Shown here: piece by piece, positions 1 to 13,242 of the stretch
Layout of the letters: each line of letters begins with the position of its first letter
Position numbering within the stretch: position 1 is the stretch's first letter
NCBI RefSeq assembly: GCF_964213995.1
Contig: NC_135806.1
Span: 105,524,001-105,588,000 of the forward strand
Direction: 5' to 3'
From: Mustelus asterias
Lineage: Eukaryota
DNA length: 64,000 bases
Made by a program: the position numbers and the translations under genes
The notes under the pieces: model-generated
Databases searched by the model: none
Seen by the model: the letters and a program-made list of their open reading frames with translations, nothing else
Told to the model about the DNA's origin: nothing

Positions 1-931
1 AGGTGTAACTGGTGTAATCAGCAAGTTTGCGGATGACACGAAGATGGCTGGAATTGCGGATAGCGAAGAGCATTGCCGGGCAATACAGCAGGATATAGAT
101 AGGCTGGAAAATTGGGCGGAGAGGTGGCAGATGGAGTTTAATCCGGATAAATGCGAAGTGATGCATTTTGGAAGAAATAATGTAGGGAGGAGTTATACAA
201 TAAATGGCAGAGTCATCAGGAGTATAGAAACACAGAGGGACCTAGGTGTGCAAGTCCACAAATCCTTGAAGGTGGCAACACAGGTGGAGAAGGTGGTGAA
301 GAAGGCATATGGTATGCTTGCCTTTATAGGACGGGGTATAGAGTATAAAAGCTGGAGTCTGATGATGCAGCTGTATAGAACGCTGGTTAGGCCACATTTG
401 GAGTACTGCGTCCAGTTCTGGTCGCCGCACTACCAGAAGGACGTGGAGGCATTGGAGAGAGTGCAGAGAAGGTTTACCAGGATGTTGCCTGGTATGGAGG
501 GTCTTAGCTATGAGGAGAGATTGGGTAGACTGGGGTTGTTCTCCTTGGAAAGACGGAGAATGAGGGGAGATCTAATAGAGGTATACAAGATTATGAAGGG
601 TATAGATAGGGTGAACAGTGGGAAGCTTTTTCCCAGGTCGGAGGTGACGATCACGAGGGGTCACGGGCTCAAGCTGAGAGGGGCGAAGTATAACTCAGAC
701 ATCAGAGGGACGTTTTTTTACACAGAGGGTGGTGGGGGCCTGGAATGCGCTGCCAAGTAGGGTGGTGGAGGCAGGCACGCTGACATCGTTTAAGACTTAC
801 CTGGATAGTCACATGAGCAGCCTGGGAATGGAGGGATACAAACGATTGGTCTAGTTGGACCAAGGAGCGGCACAGGCTTGGAGGGCCGAAGGGCCTGTTT
901 CCTGTGCTGTACTGTTCTTTGTTCTTTGTTC
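1..931 (+). mobile_element. CR1 LINE 3' portion (RT C-terminus, 3' UTR, short-repeat tail)
   Basis: KFADDTK at window start; ORF 44-760 has [34 protein letters not shown]; frameshift at a T run near 713; tail (tgttctt)n. Confidence 0.92.
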
Positions 932-2755
932 AATTTTGTCATTCATTTTTATTCTGATCCCAACTCAGATACAGAATGTTTCTGTTTTTTCAGTGAAAAT
1001 CTTATACAAAATCCCTTCAAGCTTCATTTTACAGGTAAAGTAACAGGAGGGGCAGGACTGGCAGCTCAATGTTCCAGGGTTCCAATGTTTCAGGCGGGAT
1101 AGAGGCAGAGGGATAAAAGGTGGGGGGGGTGGCATTGTTGGTCAGGGAAAATGTTACAGCGGTACTCAGGCAGGATAGATTAGGGAGCTTGTCTGCAGAG
1201 GCCCAATGGGTGGAGCTGAGAAACAGGAAAGGTATGACCACATGAATGGGGTTGTATTATAGACCACCCAATAGTCAGCGAGAATTGGAGGAGCAAATCT
1301 GCAGAGAGATAGCTGACAACTGCAAGAAACACAAAGTTGTGATAGTAGGGGATTTTAATTTTCCACATATAGATTGGGACTCGCATACTGTTAAAGGTTT
1401 AGACAGGATAGAGTTTGTAAAATGTGTTCAGGACAATTTTCTACATCAGTATATAGAGGTGCCAACTAGAGAGGATGCAATATTGGATCTCCTATTGGGA
1501 AATGAGTTAGGGCAGGTGATGGATGTGAGTGTGAGGGAACACTTTGGATCCAGTGATCATAATGCCATTAGTTTCAACCTGATCATGGATAAGGATAGAT
1601 CTGGTCCTCGGGTTGAAGTTCTGAACTGGAAAAAGGCCAAATTTGATTAAATGAGAAGGGATCTGGGAAGTGTGGATTGGCACAGGCTGTTCTCTGGTAA
1701 GGATGTAAATGGAAAGTGGGAGGCCTTCAAAGGAGAAATTTTGAGAGTGCAGAGTTTGTATGTTCCTGTCAGGATTAAAGGCAAAGTAAATAGGAATAAG
1801 GAACCTTCCTTCTCGAGGGAGATTGTAACACTGATTAAGAGGAAGAGAGAGTTGTATGAAATGTACAAGCAGCAAGGAACAGATCAGATGCTCGAGGAGT
1901 ATAAAAAGTACAAGAAGCTACTTAAGAGGGAAATCAGGAGGGCTAAAAGAAGACATGAGGTTGCTTTGGCAGACAGAGTGAAGGAAAATCCAAAGAGCTT
2001 CTATAGGTATGTTAGGAGCAAAAGGATAGTGAGGGATAAAATTGGTCCTCTTGAAGACCAGAGTGGTAGACTGTGTATGGAACCAAAAGAGATGGGGGAG
2101 ATACTAAATGGTTTTTTTGCATCCGTATTTACTGAGGAAACGGGCATGGAGTCTACGGAAATAGGACAAACAGGTAGGGAGGTCATGGAACCTTTACAGA
2201 TTAAAGGGGAGGAGGTGCTCGCTGTCTTGAGGCAAATCAGAGTGGATAAATCCCCAGGACCGGACAGGGTATTCCCACGGACCTTGAGGGAAGCTAGTGT
2301 TGAACTTGCAGGGGCCCTGGCAGACATATTTAAAATGTCAGTATTCACGTGGGAGGTGCCAGATGATTGGAGGGTGGCTCATGTTGTTCCGTTGTTTAAA
2401 AAAGGTTCCAAAAGAAATCCAGGAAATTATAGGCCAGTAAGTTTGACGTCGATGGTGGGCAAGTTATTGGAAGGTGTGATGAGGGATAGGATCTACAAAT
2501 ATTTGGATAGACAGGGACTTATTAGGGAGAGTCAACATGGCTTTGTGTGTGGTAGGTCATGTTTGACCAATCTATTAGAGTTTTTCGAGGAGGTTACCAG
2601 GAAAGTGGATGAAGGGAAGGCGGTGGATGTTGTCTACCTGGATTTCAGCAAGGCCTTTGACAAGGTCCCTCATGGGAGGTTAGTTAGGAAGGTTCAGTCG
2701 CTAGGTATACATGGGGAGGTAGTACATTGGATTAGACACTGGCTCAATGGAAGAA

Positions 2756-3221
2756 CACAGTAAGAAGTTTAACAACACCAGGTTAAAGTCCAACAGGTTT
2801 ATTTGGTAGCAAAAGCCACACAAGCTTTCGAAGCTCTAAGCCCCTTCTTCAGGTGAGTGGGAATTCTGTTCACAAACAGAGCTTATAAAGACACAGACTC
2901 AATTTACATGAATAATGGTTGGAATGCGAGTACTTACAACTAATCAAGTCTTTAAGAAACAAAACAATGGGAGTGGAGAGAGCATCAAGACAGGCTAAAA
3001 AGATGTGTATTGTCTCCAGACAAGACAGCCAGTGAAACTCTGCAGGTCCACGCAACTGTGGGAGTTACAAATAGTATGACATGAACCCAATATCCCGGTT
3101 GAGGCCGTCCTCGTGTGTGCGGAACTTGGCTATCAGTTTCTGCTCAGCGACTCTGCGCTGTCGTGTATCGCGAAGGCCGCCTTGGAGAACGCTTACCCGA
3201 ATATCAGAGGCCGAATGCCCG
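2756..3221 (-). mobile_element. Penelope-like element 3' fragment (GIY-YIG C-terminus + pseudo-LTR with hammerhead), 8-bp TSD
   Basis: TSD tggaagaa at 2748-2755 and 3222-3229; minus strand encodes GHSASDIRVSVLQGGLRDTRQRRVAEQKLIAKFRTHEDGLNRDIGFMSYYL*, homologous to the 31.9-32.1 kb ORF. Confidence 0.9.
2819..2855 (-). ncRNA. Minimal type-I hammerhead ribozyme motif (PLE-borne)
   Basis: cac CTGAAGA a ggggc ttaga gcttc GAAA gc tt gtg. Confidence 0.78.
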
Positions 3222-3351
3222 TGGAAGAAGCCAGAGAGTGGTTGTGGAGGATTGCTTCTCTGAGTGGAGGCCTGTGACTAGTGGTGTGCACAGTAAGAAG
3301 TTTAACAACACCAGGTTAAAGTCCAACAGGTTTATTTGGTAGCAAAAGCCA

Positions 3352-3388
3352 CACAAGCTTTCGAGGCTCTGAGCCCCTTCTTCAGGTG
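3352..3388 (-). ncRNA. Minimal type-I hammerhead ribozyme motif (left arm of fold-back PLE)
   Basis: cac CTGAAGA a ggggc tcaga gcctc GAAA gc tt gtg. Confidence 0.8.
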
Positions 3389-3918
3389 AGTGGGAATTCT
3401 GTTCACAAACAGAACTTATAAAGACACAGACTCAATTTACATGAATAATGGTTGGAATGCGAATACTTACAACTAATCCAGTCTTTAAGAAACAAAACAA
3501 TGGGAGTGGAGAGAGCATCAAGACAGGCTAAAAAGATGTGTATTGTCTCCAGTCAAGACAGCCAGTGAAACTCTGCAGGTCCACGCAACTGTGGGAGTTA
3601 CAAATAGTGTGACATAAACCCAATATCCCGGTTGAGGCCGTCCTTGTGTGTGCGGAACTTGGCTATCAGTCTCAACCGGGATATTGGGTTTATGTCACAC
3701 TATTTGTAACTCCCACAGTTGCGTGGACCTGCAGAGTTTCACTGGCTGTCTTGACTGGAGACAATACACATCTTTTTAGCCTGTCTTGATGCTCTCTCCA
3801 CTCCCATTGTTTTGTTTCTTAAAGACTGGATTAGTTGTAAGTATTCGCATTCCAACCATTATTCATGTAAATTGAGTCTGTGTCTTTATAAGTTCTGTTT
3901 GTGAACAGAATTCCCACT

Positions 3919-3955
3919 CACCTGAAGAAGGGGCTCAGAGCCTCGAAAGCTTGTG
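3919..3955 (+). ncRNA. Minimal type-I hammerhead ribozyme motif (right arm of fold-back PLE)
   Basis: cac CTGAAGA a ggggc tcaga gcctc GAAA gc tt gtg. Confidence 0.8.
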
Positions 3956-5534
3956 TGGCTTTTGCTACCAAATAAACCTGTTGGACTTTAACCTGGTGTT
4001 GTTAAACTTCTTACTGTGTTTACCCCAGTCCAACGCCGGCATCTCCACATCATGACTAGTGGTGTGCCGCAGGGATCGGTGTTGGGTCCATTGTTGTTTG
4101 TCATCTATATCAATGATCTGGATGATAATGTGGTAAATTGGATCAGCAAGTTTGCTGATGATACAAAGATTGGAGGTGCAGTGGACAGTGAGGAAGGTTT
4201 TCAAAGCTTGCAGAGGGATTTGGACCAACTAGAAAAATGGGCTGAAAAATGGCAAATGGAATTTAACGCAGACAAGTGTGAGATATTGCACATTGGAAGG
4301 ACAAACCAAAGTAGAACGTACAGGGTAAATGGTAGGACTCTGAAGAGTGCAGTTGAACAGAGGGATCTGGGAATACAGGTACAGAATTCCCTAAAAGTGA
4401 CGTCACAGGTGGATAGGGTCGTAAAGAGTGCCTTTGGTACATTGGCCTTTATAAATCGGAGTATCGAGTATAAAAGTTGGAATGAGGTTATATAAGGCAT
4501 TGGTGAGGCCGAATTTGGAGTATTGTGTACAGTTTTGGTCACCTAGTTACAGGAAGGATGTTAATAAGGTTGAAAGAGTGTAGAGAAGGTTCACAAGGAT
4601 GTTGGCGGGACTTGAGAAGCTGAGTTACAGAGAGAGATTGAAGAGGTTGGGACTTTATTCCCTGGAGCGTAGAAGATTGAGAGGAGATTTGATAGAGGTG
4701 TATAAGATTTTGATGGGTATAGATAGAGTGAATGCAAGCAGGCTTTTTCCGCTGAGGCTAGGGGAGAAAAAGACCAGAGGACATGGGTTAAGGGTGAAAG
4801 GAGAAAAGTTTAAAGGGAATATTAGGGGGGGCTTCTTCACGCAGAGAGAGTGGTGGGAGTGTGGAATGAGCTGCTGGATAAAGTGGTAAATGCGGGATCA
4901 CTTTTAACATTTAAGAAAAACTTGGACGGGTTCATGGATGAGAGGGCTGTGGAGGGATATGGTCCAAGTGCAGGTCAGTGGGACTAGGCAAAAAATGGTT
5001 CGGCACAGACAAGAAAGGCCAAAAGGCCTGTTTCTGAGCTGTAATTTTCTATGGTTTCTAACAGTTTGGAATAAATTAAATGAATTGCAAATAAGATTGC
5101 TACCCTTGGCTGGAAAAGCATGGAAGGAAATGCTAGAAGACAGACAACCTGACAACCTTTTGAAAGTTCATTTTTTAAAACATTGTTTAGTTATTCACAA
5201 TACCAAACAGCAAGGAGAGTAGAGGGAGATTTGAAAAAAAACCCAAGGATTTTATTTGTACAACAATTGTACCAATATTTGAAAAAAGGGTGAACATCTA
5301 AATCACTGCAGGGAGAAACATTGATGAGGTAACGCAGAGAAGTTAATTAAATTGAGGCACAAAATGTTAAATGGAACTTGGAAGGATGGATAGGAAGTGG
5401 GTTGAAGGATAGGAAACAAAGAGCAATCATTAAGGATGTTTTTTTAAGACTGGAGCGATGCAAAATAGTAATGTCCCCCAAGATCAGTGTCAGGACAGTA
5501 CAGTGCTTTTTTCATACTTTTGATACATGGAGCA

Positions 5535-5945
5535 CATTTCTCTTTTTATTCATTTACAGAATGCAAGTGTCACTGGCAAGGCAGCATTTATTGTCCCTCC
5601 CCAATTACCCTCGAGAAGGTGAGCTGTCCCCTTGAGTACAACTGCCAGGTCATTTCAGAAAGCAGTGAGAGTCAATCACGTTGCAGTGGGTCTGGAGTCA
5701 CATTTAGGCTTGACCAGATATGGACGGTAGTTTTCTATCCGAAAGGATACGAGCAAACCAGATGGGTTTTTATAACAATTGAGTGGTTTCATGGTCATCA
5801 TTACTGATTATTAGCTTTTTATTCCAGATTTATTAACTTAAATTTAAATTCACTAGCTGCTGTGGCAGGATTGGAACATATTTCTCCAGATTATGAATTC
5901 AATCCTCCAGATTATTGGCCAGGGAATATGCTACTGTGCACCAGT
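5535..5945 (-). mobile_element. Degraded tRNA-derived SINE with L2-like tail (same family as 44861-45286)
   Basis: Reverse-complement similarity to 44861-45286 (aaccagatgggtttt, gcagtgggtctggagtcacat, gcatttattgtccctccccaattacc). Confidence 0.6.
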
Positions 5946-6042
5946 ATATAATATCAAATTTGACACAAAAACGGGGAGCATGGTTTAACATCAGAAGGAC
6001 TGTAATCAAACCAAGGAGAGAACAGCCAGGTTTATAAATACA

Positions 6043-6167
6043 GGGCAAATTCTACCATCTCATCCGCTATGGGAATCAGAGCAGGCGAGGGACAGACCAT
6101 GGAAAGGTCAGTTGACCTCGGGCAGGATTTTCTGGTTTCGGGGCAAGCGAGGGCAGAAAATTCACCC
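6043..6167. mobile_element. Short Harbinger/PIF-type MITE
   Basis: Imperfect TIRs gggcaaattct / gaaaattcaccc of the same type as 53026-53219. Confidence 0.5.
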
Positions 6168-6779
6168 TACATGTCACCTGATAGGTGGACATAAAACAGT
6201 TTATTTCAAAGAAGGGCAGGGAATTCTCCCCAGTGTCCTGCCCAATATTTATCCCTCAATGAGTAGCTAAAAAAGTAGCTGCATTTCCTACAGTGCAACA
6301 GTGACAATTGCAGCAATAAACTCCAAACGTACTTCGCTGTAAAGTGATTTGGAATGTCCTGAGGTTGTGAAAAATAGTAAGTATATCACTGCAAATTTTT
6401 ATTTTAAATAAATTGGCTGTAGAATTGGTAAACTATTTTATATAAATGCATGGTACTGTTGGACAGATGTACAACAATTTTAATGGCATTTGTGAGCACA
6501 ATCCTGCTGGTGTACTGATAGGATCTGCTGCTCTAGAATGCAATGTCAACAAAATACTGAAAATATCATATGAAATATACACTGCTGATAAAAAATAGAA
6601 TTTGGAACTGCTGTAATCCATTAAAAAAATGGAAAAAAAATCACGCACATATATATAACACTAAATATATTATGCTGATGTTTCAACAAGGTGATAAGGT
6701 CTGTTTGTCTCAGGGTTGGTCACTCAAATCTACTTTCAAGAATTCTTGTCAAAAATATTACAAATTGGGATAGGAGAAA

Positions 6780-7620
6780 GAGCATCAGAAGAAGATGACA
6801 CCAACCAATTTCTCCAGGTGTCAAATTTTAACAAAAGGTTAAGCAATACATCACACTGCTACTATGCAATAGTTACATGAGCAGTATTTTCCACAGGATG
6901 CTGCATACCAAACAATTGAGCAATTCCGTTGTCATTGTGATGCCAAGTACAGAGGTTTTATGTCCCAACAATTGGCTGACTGAATCAAAGAAATGTTCCT
7001 TCGGTTCTTCAAAATAGGCAGAGCACAGTGTGTACTCAACCAGCCTGTGTTTGCAAAACCCAAAATGTCTACTTTAAGATGCGATTCTGCAATTGGGCAG
7101 CACTTCCTGAACAAGCCTGATTCCATCGGCAGCTACACTAACAAACAATTTAAGATAATCAGTCAAACACATAATATGACTCATTTACACTTGTTAGAAG
7201 TATTTTGTTGACATTGCATTCTAGAGCAGCAGATCCTATCAGTACATCAGCAGGATTGTGCTCGCAAATGCCATTAAAATTGTTGTACATCTGTCCAACA
7301 GTACCATGCATTTATATAAAATAGTTTACCAATTGTATGGCCAGGCATATGCAGGGACCTGTTACTGAACACAAAAGGAACATGTTCAAGCCTTTCGTGA
7401 ATTATCCAGGAGGCTTGGGAGCCTATTGTTTCCCTGTTGCTTTCACTATGGCACTGCCTCAGCGAATCAGAGTTGACTGCCAAGCAATCAGCACCCTTTT
7501 CTCCAGTTGTGATCATTTGAGATTTGGCATTCTCGTGTTTGTCCTAACGGGTACAAGATGAAAAGTTTCAGCAACATGTCATTCTTTTCAGTGATATTAG
7601 CCAAAACCCCCCAAAAATGC
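6780..7620 (+). mobile_element. Ancient Penelope-like remnant (second family), GIY-YIG region and decayed hammerhead
   Basis: Residual peptides CHCDAKYRG and DSAIGQHFLNKP..FKIISQ; 3' gtc ctaacgg gtacaagat gaaa agtttc resembles a decayed CTGATGA..GAAA core; homologous to 24005-24690. Confidence 0.6.
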
Positions 7621-8635
7621 AGGGACCAAGTCCAAAGGGGGAAATAACTAATCTAAAAGTTGAATATAATATTCAGAAACGAAGTCCAATCGTGGAAATT
7701 ATTCCCCAGAAAGCATGGGCAGTCACATTACTGTAGATCTAGAGTTACACTCCAGGATGGCAGATATCCTTCCCTAAAGGATTAGAGAACCAGATGGGTT
7801 GTCACAACAATTGATGATTGTGCCGTGGTTACCATGACTAAGAGTGGCTTTATATTCCAGATTTATTAAACAAATTTAAGTTCCACCCGCTGCCATGATG
7901 GAATTTGAACACATGCACCCAGACAATTTGTCGGTGTCTCTGGACAACTTATCCAGTGACATTACCATCACGCCACTGTCTCGTGAGAGACATTTTGTTT
8001 TGAAGATCAGAGCCTAAATTCCTCCATGAGTGGCTAGTTAAGAAGTCTGACATTGGTGGCGACTCTTCATTAACTTGGGGCAGGATTTTTTGGTGGGGCT
8101 TCTCACCCAACAACCTGAAGAATCAGCAGGGAATGCATCCTCACCAATACCAGCTGTCCTACAACCATTTAACATTTGGTGGGGCATTAGCTGGCTAAGG
8201 ATAAGATGTCCATCCCCAATTAGGGAGGAAGTCCCACCTTAGAGATCTGACAGCCAATTGGATATCCAGCAGCTCGGTAATCCCAGCAGTACCAGTTTTG
8301 AACAGTGGCCGCTGCTGGGACAACTGCTAATCCCCGAAGAAGAGGAGCTAATGAAGGCCAGGCTTAAGTTCAATCCAGTGTATCGGCAGGGCCAGCCTGG
8401 CAGACGCCAGTGAGGCAAGTGAGGATGTCGGGGGCTGGGTTTGAGAGGCTGGGGGGTAGGGTTAAAGGTAGGGTATGACCTTGGGGCATGCCTCTGATGG
8501 ACATAGGGGACCCCCAAAGGAAGTATACCTACTTGTCTGACACCAGCTCATCCAACTAAAGTTGTCAGGTTCCCCACATGGCATGAGTCTACGCTTGCTG
8601 CGGATAATACAGCAACAGGGGCAGGATGGAGGTTT

Positions 8636-9400
8636 AGAGCATGGAAACAGGCCCTTTGGCTCAACTTGTTCATGCTGCCTCTTTTTTTAACCACTAAACT
8701 AGTCCCAATTGCCCATGTTTGGCCCATATCAGTCTATACCCATCTTACCCATGTAGCTGTCTAAACATTTTTCAAAAGACAAAATTGTACCCGCCTCCAC
8801 TACTACCTCTGGCTGCTCGTTTCAGACACTCACCACACTCTGTGTGAAAAAATTGGCCCTCTGGACAAGTTTGTATCTCTTCCTTCTCAGCTTAAACCTA
8901 TGCCCTCTAGTTTTAGACTTCCCTACCTTTGGGAAAAGATATTGACTAGCTGATCTATGCCCCTCATTATTTTATAGACCTCTATAAGATCACTCCTCAG
9001 CCTCCCACACTCCAGAGAAAAAAGTCCCAGTCTATCCAGCCTCTCCTTATAACTCAAACCATCAAGTCCCAGTAGTATCCTAGTAAATCTTTTCTGCACT
9101 CTTTCTAGTTTAATAATATCCTTTCTATAATAGGGTGACCAGAACTGTACACAGTATTCCAAGTGTGGCCTTATCAATGTCTTGTACAACTTCAACAAGA
9201 CATCCCAACTCCTGTATTCAATGTTCTGACAAATGAAACCAAGCATGCCGAATGCCTTCTTCACCACTCTGTCCACCTGTGACTCCACTTTCAAGGAGCT
9301 ATGAGCCTGTACCCCTCGATCTCTTTGTTCTATAACTCTCCCCAAAGCCCTACCATTAACTGAGTAAGTCCTGCCTTGGTTCTGTTCTATAACTCTCCCC
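8636..9400 (-). mobile_element. CR1 LINE 3' fragment
   Basis: ORF 8923-9627(-) contains [34 protein letters not shown]. Confidence 0.88.
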
Positions 9401-12400
9401 AACACCCTGTGCATTGGGAAGGATGAGACCCTTAAGTGGCCATTAATTATCGCAAATAGGTCCAAAGGCAGGTGGGCCACCACATGCCACCACTGCCTCC
9501 TGCAAAATAAGAGACAGATCAAATGCAGGAAATTAAATAATGAGCAGACCAGGTACTGCATTTTAAAGCCCATCCACCATACCTCACACACTTTCTGTAA
9601 AATTCCATCCTTTGGGTTGATCTCCATCAGGTCAATGGCAGATGAAAGAGCTCACTGCTCTGGGGAGGGCAATAAAGAGACTGTGTGGTTGCACCTTTAC
9701 TGGATGGAGCAACAGAAAAACAGAGGACCAATTTCCAACTGACAAATTCATGAGCCGTGCCCAACCATCTTGGTTGCCTTATTTGGACTAGTCAATTTAA
9801 ACGAACATCAACCAAAACTGGTAATAACCTGATTGGCAACCAGCAAGCCAAAGATCTATTATGGCAGACCTGTTAAAACCACAGGGATCAAGGCTGCACC
9901 ACCATTGGTCACCTTGCCTCCAGAATTGATTTTCAGTTCACTATCAGCATTTCTGAAGTGCATCAGATGCATTTTGCTCTCAGGTTCTCAGTCCAATTTG
10001 ACAACCCCTTGAAACCTCATCACTAACCCCCATTGAGAACTGCTGATCTAGACCACAATTGCAGCAAACACATGGTTATTAAACCAAGATTGAAAGTTAA
10101 TATGAATGTTGCAATAGTAGCACATGCACATTTAAAAATAATACATTTCACATAATTCTTGTTAAATCCACTGTGACTACACAACAGGGTATAAACTATA
10201 AGTAAATAACATATGATGATTAACATTCCCAGGGACTGGTAAAATTGAAAAAGAAAATCTGTTTAAAAAACACTAACAAATATATTTAAAAAAGCAAATT
10301 GCACAAGAATTTCTGTTGGTTTACTTACAAAAAGAAAGGTGATGTTTTAGTTGTTGTTTTGGAATCTATGAACTGGATTAATATCAATTGCAAGGCATAC
10401 CACAACACACTACATGATTATACTATTCTCTGTGGGTTGATCATTTGAAAACATTCATAGAAGGAAATCTTGCAAATTGGGACATGGTAATTAAGTGTAT
10501 TATCTACCATTAAATGGAACAAAATGCACGATGAATGTGTTTGAATCTTCATAACTGGACAACGAAAGTGAAAACAAACAAGTATTGATCTGTTTTCATT
10601 CAAAAGGTATCACTTATCCATTGAGCATTTTCTCAAAAATGCCATTTTCTTTTCAACAAACAACATGTAACAATTTACTAGACTTTGTCCTAAGGAAAAC
10701 TTTATTTGCCAAGCAAAAAGTAATGGAAATAATTTATATCTGGGTATCCTTTGAAGCTTTAGCATTCTGCTTATTAAAATAGCTAACATTTAACACATCT
10801 GCCCTTTAATTTGGAATTAAATTGGCCTGAAATTTGTCATAATAGTGACAGTGAAAATGTAGCTATTTGGCATCGTTACTTCTCTGAAACTGACTACAGC
10901 CTCTGGAGTCTGTACATAAGCAGGTAAACACAGATGTAGAAGCTGCTGCCAGTGATTCTACTCCTGACAATAGGGTACGCTGTTGAAGTCCCCACAGACC
11001 GCAAACGAATAGAAATCACTGAATTGATGAGAATTTGAATTTCCAGGCTGACATGATGATGATCAATGATGAAATCACTGTTGCTGGATGCCTGGAAATC
11101 CCCTTAACTTGGTGTCAAATTTAAATTAAAGTCGGGAGTGGAGATATCTACAACACAGAGATTGCTAACCGTTATGGGCAGCTTCTTCGAAGCCAGCAGC
11201 GAAGCTGTTGCTTCACTGTTGACCAGGAAATCTAAGCTAGTGTATCTCAGAAGGACCATAAAAAAGCTAGTATATGAAAGATGCAAATATCACATTTGTG
11301 TAGCATCCTGTGTTATTCTGAGATTGTGGCAAAATATTGAGAGCTTTAGTCTTTAGCTGACTGGGAGTGCTTGTTTGATGGCACTGTGGGTGTTTCAAAT
11401 GTGAAAAATATTGAGTGAACATTACCTTTTTAAATAGTTAAATAATTCCGAAAGGAAAACTGCTATTATATATGGAAGATATAGAAACCGATACAGTAAC
11501 CAAGTAAAAAATATCCCCCAAGTGGGGCTTGTTTTTATCTGTTAGGTTCAAGCCATATGGGTAGAATTCCCTGCACATTTGGGACAATTAGAGAATGAGA
11601 CACGCTAATGCACTGGATAAAATCTATGGATTTTGAAATACAACTGCATAAATGCTAGACAGATCAGGATATTTTAGATTCAGGGAAACAGTATGAGATT
11701 AGTTAACTGGATTGAGAACTAGTTTAGGCATAGAGCAGACAAATCAAAAAATATCTGGGTGAGAATGCAAACGCACAAGGAAGAAATTTAGCTGAAGTTT
11801 TTGCTATTCTGACGAATTTAGATACAGTAAATAGGGACAGAATGATTCCTCTAGTTGGAGAGTCAGTAACAAAGGATCACTTCCAGCTGTAGAGTCACAA
11901 ATTTGATTGCCTGTCATAAAAAGTCATTAGGTCAGGGGTAAAAGAGAACACAGTTACAGTCTGGAGACCACAGAATGGAAATCAATAATGGTAGTATGGA
12001 AAGGTTTGCTGATCAAAATGAATTAGAAACAAATTTGATAGAGAACATTGAACAAAGACCAAGAGGGAACAGGAATTGTCCAAAGATTTTATGAGAAGAT
12101 GTACACCAACTACATATTTCTAACTCATGATCTTATGATACTAAAATGTGTTACAGAATGGAAAAACTATGATCTGTGCTGGATTATTTCTGAAAGTCAT
12201 TTTTTAAAACCACAATCAAGAGTGAAGGAAAAGCGAAAACGCACGAGGCACAGTGTGTGTACCAAAATAGCAGCAATTTTTTAATTACAGGCACAGAATG
12301 TAGAACTTCTCAGCACCAGAACAAATCTATCGGAAGTCAAATGTCATACTGCACACTTTAGACCTGAAAAGCTCTGCACAAAACAAAAACTAGAAAAGTT

Positions 12401-13242
12401 AGGGAACAAGAAGGAGGAATTTGTACAACAATCAAAACAAAGAAATTGGATATTACCTCACTGTTCAATTCTGAATTTCCAAAATAAAATATCCTTGGTC
12501 CCAAATAAATACAAATGCCACTATATATAAAAAATATAGAAGTGTGAACCCACACACATAGAACACATTTCTACTGCAACAACTGGGCAATGCAGAGCAA
12601 TACTTTAAAATTCTGATTGTGAACTTTCATTGCACTGGAGTAGTACAAAGTACTCAGGCACTTACAGCAACACAACAAAAGTAGACCTGCAAATGTGACA
12701 ATGAATACTGTTTTCACAGCAAGCAAAAGCACCCCAGAGAAAGGAGTAAAAATGCACAAATAGCCAAAAATCAATATTGAAAAATTATAATTGTACAACT
12801 CAGTATTACTAAACAAGATTTCAGTTTGCTGAGCTAAAAGCAAAAACACCATTTGAAATATTTTTAGCACATAATACATTCACTTCTAAACCTTGTACTA
12901 TATAAACAAACTAGAATGACCAAAAAGTAAAACTAGTATCAGCCATAACTTTCTTAAGCAATTTCTGTATTACAGGAGACAGCTAACCTTGAATCAATAT
13001 TAAATTCTGTATTGCACACACCTCACATAAGAGATGAAAATATCTAATCTTATCAATGATTCTTTGGATGAAAATTCAAATTTAGTCAACAAATGTTCTG
13101 GTTTGTTTGCAATTATAACTGAATGAAAATACCCCCGATTTTACTTCTAGAAGTTCTACATTTCCCATACCGTCTAATTCTTGAACATTACTAATATCAC
13201 AATAAAAATTGCAAATACTAACTACTGTTTTGAATACTCACT

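Larger units (their letters stand above)
3289..4052. mobile_element. Penelope-like element in inverted (fold-back) form: 348-bp arms, 34-nt spacer, 34-nt tail, 14-bp TSD
   Basis: Arms 3289-3636 and 3671-4018 are reverse complements; tail 4019-4052; TSD tgactagtggtgtg at 3275-3288 and 4053-4066. Confidence 0.92.
1044..5060 (+). mobile_element. 5'-truncated CR1 LINE (APE endonuclease + RT) with stops, interrupted by two PLE insertions
   Basis: ORFs 1246-1650 (YRPP, GDFN, SDH), 1651-2763 (KSPGPD, NYRPVSLTS, YLDFSKAFDKV), 4053 onward ([17 protein letters not shown]); tail ttttctatggtttcta. Confidence 0.93.
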
